Source of the DNA: Anthoceros angustus
Lineage: Eukaryota; Plantae; Anthocerotophyta
Assembly: GCA_010909165.1 (NCBI GenBank)
Contig: MU008162.1
Coordinates: 372,001-436,000, forward strand
Length of the DNA stretch: 64,000 nt
Reading direction: 5' to 3'
In this document: positions 51,601 to 62,906 of the stretch, in pieces
How positions within the stretch are numbered: the stretch's first letter is position 1
How the letters are laid out: each line of letters starts with the position of its first letter
The notes under the pieces: generated by a model
Seen by the model: only the letters and a program-made list of their open reading frames with translations
The model's database searches: none
What the model was told of the DNA's origin: nothing
Position numbers and translations under genes: made by a program

Positions 51601-54600
51601 AAACTTGGAGCGGCCATCCCACCATCTCCGCCATGGCCGTGACGCAGATGCCCTTTAACTCGGCCCTCGACATACCGCACTGGATGCCGCACTCGGGGAT
51701 GAGTCTTGGTGCCGATCCTGCATCATCTGCCTCACCCAGTCGGGGTGTGTTGGGACCCTCGCCGCGAGCCGTCAATCACACTCTTGCGGGCCCTCTTCCT
51801 CCTCTCCGCCTCCCGCCGTAGGACCTCCTCGGTTTCCTCCGCCCGGTGATGCTCCCTTCCGGTGATGCTATGGCGTATTCGACTTCACATCTTCCACGAT
51901 CCGGGCACGATGCAACTGGGGCAAGGGGTGGTGGAGGAGGAGCGACACAGGCTGGAGCTCTTGCTCCTCGGAGGTCCGTGGACGAAAACCAACCTTGCAA
52001 ATGGCAAGTTCCTATACATGTGGACTTGTGCAGGTTGTCATGAAATTTAACATGGGATCAAAGCGGAATATAGCTTGGTTATCACGGCGTAATATAAGAA
52101 AATGCTAAACCATTGCATGAAGTATCTATTTTCAAATAAGGAACTTGTTAATTATCCGATTATAATATATACGTTAATCTACATACATGGACAACATCTC
52201 TTGTTGTCGAGGGTGGATTCTTCCTCTCCTATGGACCGGAGTAATTGGAATAACGAGATTGAACTAGTGTTTGATGTTGTCAAGTTTGGATTCCTCCTTT
52301 TCATAGTTTTCAATCTCGATACACAAAATGAGATTGATAACTAGATTGGAAAAAAAACTAGGCAAAGATTAAGTTGTAAATAAAGGTGAGAAGATGGTAA
52401 GACCCTCTATACAAAATCTTGTTATTTAATATATATATTATCTATTAAGTAGCCAATGTTTGTCCGATGAAGTTACTTTGGAAATAAATAAATATTTGGT
52501 TCTAACAAACAATACAAGACACCTATGGCTACATTAAAGTGGTTTTTGGTGGGGAGTACTAGGTTACTTATGTTCTTCTTGTTTCTCTTCCACGAAGATG
52601 AAATGAGTCCATCTAATATAATGTAGGCCTTTCAATCTTCTTGCATGTGACATTGTCGCAATATGTGACTTTACGTGGAGCTTAGTTGCTCCGCAATTTC
52701 TGCAAGGTTCCTCTTGCCCACCCTATGATGTCCTCTATTAGATGGGCTCTCTCCATCATCTCTCCTACCTCAATTTTAAAGCTTCATCTATTGAGGCTAG
52801 TATTTTGAGCAAAATCGGTTGGTGAAGGCACAAAAGATTTATGTGACAATAAGTAGTTGTTTGCATGTGTCAAGCTGGTGGTATGCTTCAAATCATGTCC
52901 AATTTAGCTGGCGCCAGATGATGTTGTCAAGTTTGGATTCCTCCTTTTCATAGTTTTCAATCTCGATACACAAAATGAGATTGATAACTAGATTGGAAAA
53001 AAACTAGGCAAAGATTAAGTTGTAAATAAAGGTGAGAAGGCAGGTAAGACCCTCTATACAAAATCTTGTTATTTAATATATATATTATCTATTAAGTAGC
53101 CAATGTTTGTCCGATGAAGTTACTTTGGAAATAAATAAATATTTGGTTCTAACAAACAATACAAGACACCTATGGCTACATTAAAGTGGTTTTTGGTGGG
53201 GAGTACTAGGTTACTTATGTTCTTCTTGTTTCTCTTCCAAGATGAAATGAGTCCATCTAATATAATGTAGGCCTTTCAATCTTCTTGCATGTGACATTGT
53301 CGGTAATATATGTGACTTTAGGGAGCTTAGTTGCTCCGCAATTTCTGCAAGGTTCCCTTGACTCGACCCTATGATGTCCTCTATTAGATGGGCTCTCTCC
53401 ATCATCTCTCCTACCTCAATTTTAAAGCTTCATCTATTGAGGCTAGTATTTTCGAGCAAAATCGGTTGAGGTGAAGGCACAAAAGATTTATGTGACAATA
53501 AGTAGTTGTTTGCATGTGTCAAGCTGGTGGTATGCTTGAAATCATGTCCAATTTTGCGGGCGTTCGATGTGTTGTAAGGGTTGTAGAACCCAAAGGTGGG
53601 CTTCCTTTTCAAACTCTTCTCAAGTTTTATTTGGTTATCGAACCAATAAGTGCGCTTCTTTATTTGCAGATCCTTCAAGGCGTTTGATGGGGCGAGGTGA
53701 CGATGGGACATGATCCCAAACATCACGCCTGCTTCAAAGAGACTGCTCCGTTTCAAAGAGACCAGGAAAACCATATATAAGCCAATCTAATATTATTATA
53801 TTACATAGTCAAAGTAAAAGATTAATATGCTTATGTTCGTTGAGAGTTGCATGAAAGAAGGTATGAAGCAAGAAGGGATGAGATCCACTTTCTAGCGTGA
53901 GAGCATATGTCACACACGGATACCTTGATAGGGAGGAGCATGAAGGTGTTTGATCATTTGGTGAGGCTTGTGGAGACGTCAACAACCAATACATAAACAA
54001 GTGAGGACTATACATCGGATGTTCTAAATTGTGAGAAGACTCAACATCACATTTCTTGCAAGTCGCCCATAGTTGCCTTGCTACAGTAGTCGCAAAAGTT
54101 CATTGACACCATCGTGATCATAAAGGATACGCGAATAACTCACTGCCGAGAAAGGAATCGCCATATGCGAGATGAAGGTCCATGTCTAATCCTCCACCGA
54201 ATTTTTTTTGAAATAGTAGAAAATAAATATGTAACGGTCCTCTGGCTTTTATCAATCCTTTCAATTAAAAGGACAAATTACGTTATTCCTCGATGGTATG
54301 CTCTTCAACGAAGATATTCCTTGATGGTCTATTTAGACCGATCCTTAGACGCGATTACTGAATTGTGGAGCATAAAAGTTTGGGCATTCTTTGAGAACAT
54401 GGAGAAAGAATTGTAAGAAGCTGCCAAGATTCTAGTAAGAATGTTCAAATTCCTTTTGACTTTTGATTTTGAGGATTTACCCGAGTAAAATGTAGGCTAG
54501 AATCACCTAGCGGACGTATCCAGTCCTAGAAGGCAAAACCGCATCTCGAGACGCTTTGGCGGATCGTCTCGTAGGAGGCCCCGTAAGAGGTCTAACACTC

Positions 54601-55787
54601 ATAAATTTTTAACCTATGGTGGGCGGTTGGAGACTTAACGCATTTTGGCCAAACCGTAGGAGGATAAGTAGATAGGTAGGTAGGTTTGAATATTTTAGGA
54701 GGGAATATCTAACATATATAGCGAGCATGAGGTGAGGAATCGAGACCCAAGGAAGAAGTTTCCTTGGACTTTTGAGCACCGACCAAGTGTAGGAAGCCTC
54801 CTTGACACCAATCTTCTCCGACATGCCGATTAGACTGCCGCCAAAAACTGGAGCGCCATCCCACCATCTCCGCCATGGCCAAGACGCAGCATGCCCCGAA
54901 CTCGACCTCGACATCCAGACAGGATGCCGCACTCCCTGGGATGAGTCTTGGTGCCGATCCTGCATCATCGCCCGACCCGAGTCGGGGTGTGTTGGGACCC
55001 GCCAGCCAATCACACTCTTGCCGGGCCCTCTTCCTCCTCTCCGCCTCCCGTGGGACCTCCTCGGTTTCCTCCCGCCCGGTGATGCTCCCTTCCGGTGATG
55101 CTATGGCGGTATTCAAGACTTTCACATCTTCCACGATCCGGGCAGGCGCAACGGGGCAAGGGGTGGTGGAGGAGGAGCGACACCGGAGTCGGAGCTCTTG
55201 CTCCTCGTGAGGTCCGTGGACGAAAAACCAACCTTGCAAATGGCAAGTTCCTATACATGTGGACTTGTGCGGTTGTCATGAAATTTAACATGGGATCAAA
55301 GCGGAATATAGCTTGGTTATCACGCGTAATATAAGAAAATGCTAAACCATTGCATGAAGTATCTATTTTCAAATAAGGAACTTGTTAATTATCTTATTAT
55401 AATACGTTAATCTACATACATGGACAACATCTCTTGTTGTCGAGTGGATTCTTCCTCTCCTATGGACCGGAGTAATTGGAATAACGAGATTGAACTAGTG
55501 TTTGATGTTGTCAAGTTTGGATTCCTCCTTTCATAGTTTTCAATCTCGATACACAAAATGAGATTGATAACTAGATTGGAAAAAAAACTAGGCAAAGATT
55601 AAGTTGTAAATAAAGGTGAGAAGAGGTAAGACCCTCTATACAAAATCTTGTTATTTAATATATATATTATCTATTAAGTAGCCAATGTTTGTCCGATGAA
55701 GTTACTTTGGAAATAAATAAATATTTGGTTCTAACAAACAATACAAGACACCTATGGCTACATTAAAGTGGTTTTTGGTGGGGAGTA
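45690..55787. repeat. Tandem array of a ~2.58-kb unit (about 3.9 unit equivalents, with two internal partial duplications)
   Basis: Marker AGGAAGCCTCCTTGACACCAATC at 48119, 48986, 51547 and 54791; marker GATGTTGTCAAGTTT at ~46257, 49702, 52274, 52918 and 55504. Jump-back junctions at ~48344 (~867 bp) and ~52917 (~645 bp). Confidence 0.92.
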
Positions 55788-56129
55788 GGGTGTATGCATG
55801 GTTAGGTGTGGCACTTCCATCCAAAAAAGGGAGTGATAACTTGTTAAGTAGATGGTGGAAAAATCGGGGTTTTTTTCAAACCTGTTTCACATACACATTA
55901 AAATATCTCGATGTTGGGTTTTAGTGTGGTTCGTGGGTTTAGTTGAGGCTTACGTCCTTGATAGTGTGGAAGTGGAGCACGAGATCAAGGTGAGGCTTTC
56001 GATTGTGGGTGTTTAGGTAGATGGGAGAAGTTGTGGGAGAATGGGGAAGTCGGTGGTGGTGGTGGGGAGAATGAGAAAGTTGGTGGTGAATGGGGAACTC
56101 GGTGGTGATGTGGGGTGATGGGAGGCGGT

Positions 56130-56840
56130 TTCCAGGCATGTGGGAGGCGGGGTTTGTGGCGGTGGGAGGTGCGTGTTGGCGTGTGGGAGGCAGGTGGGTT
56201 TGTGTGTGGGAGGAGGTGTGGGGGGGTGTGGGAGGAGGTGGGAGGTCAGATATGAGAGGAGGTAGGAGGATGGCGGTGTGGAGGAGCTTGGTGTGTGGTG
56301 TGGGAGGTGTGGGGTGCGGCGATGTTGGAGGAGGTGGGAGGACGACGACTTGAGGAGAAGTGAAGATGGCAAGCCGTGGTGGCGTGGGAGGCGGTGGTGT
56401 TCGCAGGCTCAATGCGGCACGAGCTCTGGGTTGGGCCAATGCTGCGGTCCGCAGAGGTGGTTTGTGGGATCGGCAAGAGCGTGGGATGGGAGGTGTGTTG
56501 GCCGGGGAGGAGGTGGGATGGCGGTGTGGGAGGCGTGGTGGTGTGGGAGGGCGTGGGAGGGGCGGCGGTGGGAGGGCGGCGGTGTGGGAGGCGTGGCGGT
56601 GGGAGGCGGCGGTGGGAGGCGGTGGCGTGGGAGGCGGCGGTGGGAGGTGTGGGAGGGGAGGTGCGTGTTGGGCGTGGGAGGAGGTGGGACGGTGGCGGTG
56701 TGGGAGGCGGTGGTGGTGTGGGAGGCGGCGGCGGTGTGGGCGGTGTGGAGGCATGTGGCGGTGTGGGAGGCGGGGTGTGGGAGGAGCAGTGGCGATGTGG
56801 GGCGGCGCGGTGTGGAGGCGGCGGTGTGGGAGGCGGTGGC
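56130..56840. repeat. G-rich degenerate (GGCGGTGTGGGA)n low-complexity repeat, with further tracts at ~57260-57450 and ~58780-58975
   Basis: Many GGCGGTGTGGGAG units produce overlapping AVWE/GGVG/PTPP pseudo-ORFs in all frames. Confidence 0.85.
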
Positions 56841-57262
56841 TGCCTTTTCACCTTCTAGCATTCAAAGGGAGAAGGCTCACTCCTTCCCTGCAAATTACTG
56901 GATGTTCTTAACCCCTCGCTTGTATGATTGATTCCATATGTCGACGCTGGTGTGGTAGGCCACATCGCATAAGAACCTCGCCAAGCGATGATCAATGCTC
57001 GTGCAACACTGTTGCATTGGCCCACTTATCTTCTCCTCCTATGTGGCGATGTGGCTTTTGGTGCCCACATGACATCCCAGACATAGCAGAGCTTGAAGGC
57101 TCCGTCCTCGACCGCTGTTGTTGAAGGTTCTGGGAATTTCAGTTTATGGACAAGGTACACGAGCTAACTTGGGAATGTGGACTGTGCGGTCCTGCAAATT
57201 ACGCTCATCCATCGCCTTGACTTTGGTTTGTCAATTCTTCACAGAGAAGGAAACTGTAGGAT

Positions 57263-60240
57263 GATGGCGGTGTGGGAGGAGGTTGGTGTGTGGGAGGAGG
57301 TGGGTGCGGCGATGTTGGAGGAGGTGGGAGGAGGTGCGTGTTGGCGTCGTGGGAGTAGGTGGGAGGGCGGTGTGGGAGGCGGCGGTGTGGGAGGCGGTGT
57401 GTGGGAGGCGGCGGTGTGGGAGGCGGTGGTGGGAGGACGGTGTGGGAGGGCGGATCATGTGGTGGATCTGGGCTGGAGATAACCTGGCAAAGGGCTGGAG
57501 ATGGACCTCCTGGTTGGAGAGAAGGAAGTGATTGATGAAGGGATGTTCGTTGTGGTTGCTAGAGAGAAGGGCGTGCAAGATGGGAGCTCGCTGTCTTCTA
57601 TTACAATTGTTTGTCTGGTTTCATGGATTTGATGTAAACCACATTTGCAGATCCGGTGCTGACTCTGTTTTCTGCTTTCAGTCTTGCAGGATCGCATAGC
57701 CTGACAAGATGGCTGTCTTTGAAGAGGAGCTTGAGTTTGTTTCGAAGAAGGCGCTTCACAAGAAGCTGGAAGTGCGTGAAAGGACCGAACATGTGAAGAA
57801 GTTGCAAGGAAAGCCTGTGAATGTCTGGGACTGGAAAGAAGGAGATGGCGTGTGCCGGTTTTAATGTTAGGGATATTTCGTACACTGATATTCTCAAGGA
57901 TCTGATTGGTGGTGACGAGTTTATTGTTAGTGTGTTTGGGCCGATAGCTGGGAAGAACGAAGGGTTCAAGTGGTCTCGAAAACGCGTTTCAAGCTGCAAG
58001 GTGATTTCCCAGTGCGAGTGGGAAAACATTGATGATTTGTGTTACTGTGTATACCGGAAGCGGCCCTCCGAGGGGAAGAAGTTCATTCCTAGGAAGATGG
58101 CACTTGGAGTTCTTGTGGAGAAGTTGAAAGGTGTTTCCATTGATTGGTTCACTTATGACAAGACAACAAAGGCCCTTCGTGCAGGGGGGGTGTGGTTCAA
58201 GAGCGTAAACATCGAAAAAGAAGTCGCAATGTGAGGATGTTGTAGTGGAGGACAAAAGGGATCCGAGGTTCATATGTTTGCGGATGGGTGTCAAGCACAA
58301 GGGATCTTCCGGTGAGGAGAGTATTAGCCAGGACACGCCTCATGCTCGGGAGTCCAAGGTGCTAGCATCTCCGTGGAGAGCAGATTCAGCGTGAAAGCCC
58401 ATTCGCCAAGGAAGAGCTACAAACAAAGGTGCCGGGTGGAAACCAATGCGACTAAAGATCCGTGGAGTCCACTTCTCATGAGGTGGTGGCTGAACCATTC
58501 GTACATGGCATGCATGGGGTGTGTGGCTCGAGAGCAAGTCACGGACTTGGCCTATGTCTAGACGCCATGGCACCTTCTTGGAAACCGCTCTAGAGGATCT
58601 TGTTGTTGTTACGAGGCGGTGAAGCTCCAAGAGAAAGTGCTCTTGGAGGTATGTGAGGAAGTTGACAAGCTGAAAAAGGTCCGGGAGACTTGGCTTTGGA
58701 GAAGTATGAGTGAGAGTCGCATCAACCAGGAGGTGAAGACAACACAACAAGTTCTTTGGTTGAAAGGGAGGAGGGGTTGGTGTGTGGCGGTGTGGGAGGT
58801 GTGGGTGTGCGGCGATGTTGGAGGAGGTGGGAGGAGGTGCGTGTTGGCGTGTGGGAGTAGGTGGGAGGCGGCGGTGTGGGAGGGGCGGTGGCGGTGTGGG
58901 AGGCGGTGGCGTGTGGGAGGCGGCGGTGGTGTGGGAGGCGGCGGTGTGGGAGGGGCGTGGCGGTGTGGGAGGGCGGATCATGTGGTGGATCTGGAGATAA
59001 CAGCAAAGGGCTGGAGATGGACCTCCGTTGAGAGAAGGAAGTGATTGATGAAGGGATGTTCGTTGTGGTTGCTAGAGAGAAGGGCGTGCAAGATGGGAGC
59101 TCACTTTTCTATTACAATTGTTTGTCCGGTTTCATGGATTTGATGTAAACCACATTTGCGATCCGGTCGACTCTGCTTACCTTTCGATCTTGCAGGATCG
59201 CATAGCCTTCAAGATGGCTGTTGAAGAGGAGCTTGAGTTTGTTCAAGAAGGCGAGAAGCCGGAAGTGCGTGAAAGGACCGAACATGTGAAGAAGTTGCAA
59301 GGAAAGCCTGTGAATGTCTCGGACCGGAAAGAAGGAGATGGCACACTCAGTCTTGGTTTTAATGTTAGGGATATTTCACGATATTCTCAAGGACCCGATT
59401 GGTGGTGACGAGTTTATTGTTAGTGTGTTTGGGCCGATAGTCGGAAGAACGAAGGGTTCAAGTGGTCTCGGCGTTTAAGTCGCAAGGTGATTTCCAGGCA
59501 GTGGGAAAACATTGATGATTTGTGTTCGTATCGGGCGGCCCTCCGAGGGAAGAAGTTCATTCCTAGGAAGATGGCACTTGGAGTTCTTGTGGAGAAGTTG
59601 AAAGGTGTTTCCATTGATTGGTTCACTTATGACAAGACAACAAAGGCCCTTCGTGCAGGGGTGTGGTTTGAAGCGAAACATCGAAAAGAAGTCGCAATGT
59701 GAGGATGTTGTAGTGGAGGACAAAAGGGATCCGAGGTTCATATGTTTGCGGATGTCAAGCACAAGGGATCTTCCGGTGAGGAGAGTATTAGCCAGCGGAC
59801 ACGCTCTCATGCTCGGGAGTCCAAGGTGCTAGCATCTCCGGAGAGCAGATTGAGTGAAAGCCCATTCGCCAAGGAAGAGCTACAAACAAAGCGGTGGTGG
59901 AAACCAATGCGACTAAAGATCCGTGGAGTCCACTTCTCATGAGGTGGTGGTGAACCATTCGTACATGGCATGCATGGGGTGTGTGGCTCGAGAGCAAGTC
60001 ACGGACTTGGCCTATGTCTAGGGCGTGGCACCTTCTTGGAAACTCTAGAGGATCTTGTTGTTGTTACTGAGGCGGTGAAGCTCCAAGAGAAAGTGCTCTT
60101 GGAGGTATGTGAGGAAGTTGACAAGCTGAAAAAGGTCCGGGAGACTTGGCTTTGGAGAAGTATGAGTGAGCCGCATCAACCAGAAGAGGTGAAGACAACA
60201 CAACTGTGTTCTTTGGTTGAAAGGGAGGAGGGGTTGGTGT
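57263..60240. repeat. ~1.5-kb tandem duplication of the 5' part of the transposon ORF
   Basis: ATGGCTG..GAAGAGGAGCTTGAGTTTG at 57709 and 59214; FIPRKMALGVLVEKLKGVSIDWFTYDKTTKALRAG in both copies; copy 1 is truncated at ~58782. Confidence 0.85.
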
Positions 60241-62906
60241 CTGAACTTGCCACCTGGCAGCAGAAACTGCACGAGGCTAAGGAGTGTGTGGAGATATGGA
60301 GAAAAGGGGTGACGCTGCATGAGCAAGACATGGCGGCACACCGTGAATTGTCTTCCTTGATGAGGCGACCAGCAGGGCCTCTTTGGCCACCAGCTTGGAT
60401 TGAAGCCCCTCTTGACTGTAGAGGTGGTATGGAGGTGAAGCTGAATGCCTGTCCCTTATGTACCAGGTGTGTTCACTGCTCAATGTTGGGTGATGAAGAG
60501 TGACTGTCACCACTTTTCCTTCAATGGTCTTCCTCTTAAATTTGAATTTTTGCAAGTTACATCATGTGTAGAGTGCACTTGTGTCTGAATCGCTGGTTAG
60601 GTGGTTGGGGGGTAGGTGGTTAGGTGGTGTGCTGTGCTTATCATTGCGTTCCAGTCAAGGGTTCATATGAAGTGGATGGTGCTCAAGTGAGCCACTAGTT
60701 TTCGTGTCTGCCGATATTGGTGCGGTGTGTTCAAGTGGATGGTGCTCCAAGTGAGGTGGTAATTATGGTGTGCACGCACATGGCACCATCCACTTGCGGC
60801 ACCATCCACTTGATGGTGCTCCTTATGTAGCCGCACTTTGTATGGTGCTTTGGAGCACCTTCCACTTGATGGTGCTACTTATGGTGCCGTCGCTTATGGT
60901 GGTTTGTTCAAGTGGATGCCGCCGGCCATGGTGCCTCTGTAGTGGTCTAGGTTGAAGTGGAGCTTAATCAAGTGTAAGGTGAGTGAAGTGAAAGCTGACC
61001 ACTTGAAGTAACCTTAACTTGTGCAGGTGGTATGGTGCACATAATTTTTCAGTTCTTCCTTGTGGACACTCCTACCACGACTTTTGCCTCTACCAGCATT
61101 TGAGGGAGAGCAGTGTCTGTGCATTCCGATCTTGTGGCTTGGAGGTTCCCCGCACGTGGTTGAGGGCAAAGGGATGGGCTTCTAGTGCTATGAGTGTGTC
61201 CTCTAACATGGCTGAAGACTAGGAAGCCATACAGTTGGAGGAATGGGGTGCTGAATTTTATGACAGTATGATAGTTTTAGGTGGACTAGGAAGGCGGCTG
61301 GAAAGAGTGCAGGGTTCTTTGATGTTAACAACTCCGCCACTGCACAACCATGCTTCTTCACCATGCGGGACGGGTTCTTCCCTGCAGTTTTCACCATTTC
61401 GGGGGCTTGACACACCGGGGACAGGGACACCAGGAAATGCACGAACACCACCATCACGAATTGCTCCATCTAGGTCCTCCGCCGAAATGTGGTGGCCAAT
61501 CTGTGGCCTGGGGGAAATCGACTGTCCATATGTCCAGGTAATCAAGAAGTAGTGATGGTGGAGCAGACTCCTCCTGATCAGCTGAGGAGTGCAGGCAACC
61601 AAGACATGCACACAGTGGGGGAGACTACTCGTATTACCCCTAGGATGAGCCCAGAGGTGTTGGCTATTGGCGAGAAGGCGGTGGCGGATATGATCACTGT
61701 TTTAGGGTGTGTACACCATTTGTCGAATCGGCCTGGATGGAATCGCCTTGGCACATCGGATGGTCCCCGTGGGTAATCAAAGCGCCATATGCCGAAGTTG
61801 TATCCCCTAGTGTATACCTCAAAGACACTGACCTTGTAATGGAGAAGCCACAAACCCAGTCCCACACGGAGTCATCTGTGGGTGTGCAGCGGGATGAGGT
61901 TGCATGCGAGGAGGATCAACTAGCCACCGAGCCCCAACCTCCAAAGCGGTGGTGGCACATGAGCGCACCTCTCCGGATCCATCTGCAGGTCCTGTGCACC
62001 GTGTCACTTACTCAAGATGAGGGACATGATAGCGCCCATCATCTCTTGAACCACTCGCATCTAGCGATGGGTTGCTTGAAAAGGTCGCTCCACAATCCCT
62101 TGGCATCCATGTTGACCACACACTAGCAATTGGTGGTGAGGCCGCAATTGTTGAGCATCCAACTCGATGCCGCAAGGCGCAAGTCGCGAATCATGGTGTT
62201 GCTGATTGTGAGAAGGCCGCTATTGCAGTTGCCATCCTCTGGTCCCAAAGAGGAAGTCGGTGCACATGTCCATGTTGTGAAGGCTCCCATCCTGCAGCCA
62301 TCGCTTGCCTCTACTGCTGATGTTGGAGAACCCATGCTAAACACTGAAGGATATAGTGGTGCTAGACAGAGAATGGACACGAGGGTACGTCGGCAACCTC
62401 CAACACCTGGTGGGGCAAAGCGCAAATCTTCGGAGGGAGCCAGGAAGGTGCTAGCTGCAAAACAGCCTAGACAAGAGGAGGAAGATGAGGAAGAAGATGA
62501 AGAGATTGAAGAGGACTACTCTGTCTTAAGGCCTGGGGACAACTTTGCGGTGCTGGCCGAAATGGAAGATGGGCAGAGTGAGTCGTTTTTCATCATCAAA
62601 TGCAGCAAGACACCATGGGTGACAAAGACAGCTATCTGGGATAGGTGGTATGAAGGGCACAGGCCAGCAGGCGAAATGGTTGTCCAGGGGATCTACTATG
62701 AGCGTGAAGGGGACCAGAAAGGAGTTTACAAACTCAGGAATGACAAGCCTCCTTTGCCAGTTGTTTTGCCTGTGAGTATGATTATCCATGCAAGATTTGA
62801 ATTGAAGGTGCCACCCAAGCATAGAAATGCGCTGGAAGAAAGGGAGGTCATCGATGTTGGTTGGAGCCCAAACCGAGGAAACGACTTGAAGAAGCGAATT
62901 ACATAG
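59214..62906 (+). pseudogene. Disrupted large ORF: N-terminal domain + coiled coil + spliced RING-H2 + disordered linker + GDNFAV domain
   Basis: Splicing 60466|61027 yields CPLCTRWYGAHNFSVLPCGHSYHDFC..(10)..CAFRSC (C3H2C3). Single in-frame stops at 61220 and 62124 separate otherwise continuous frames. The 3' domain reads VLRPGDNFAVLAE...FFIIKCSK...GEMVVQGIYYE. Confidence 0.6.

Noticed and set aside
45690-55787. Array as a retrozyme, rDNA or 5S/tRNA cluster
   Set aside because: No hammerhead core (CTGATGA...GAAA with stems), rRNA or tRNA signatures were seen in the unit.
55939-56931. Pro/His-rich extensin-like and Gly/Trp-rich ORFs of 150-270 aa
   Set aside because: All six frames are opened by the same 12-bp G-rich repeat; no signal peptide or SP4 motifs.
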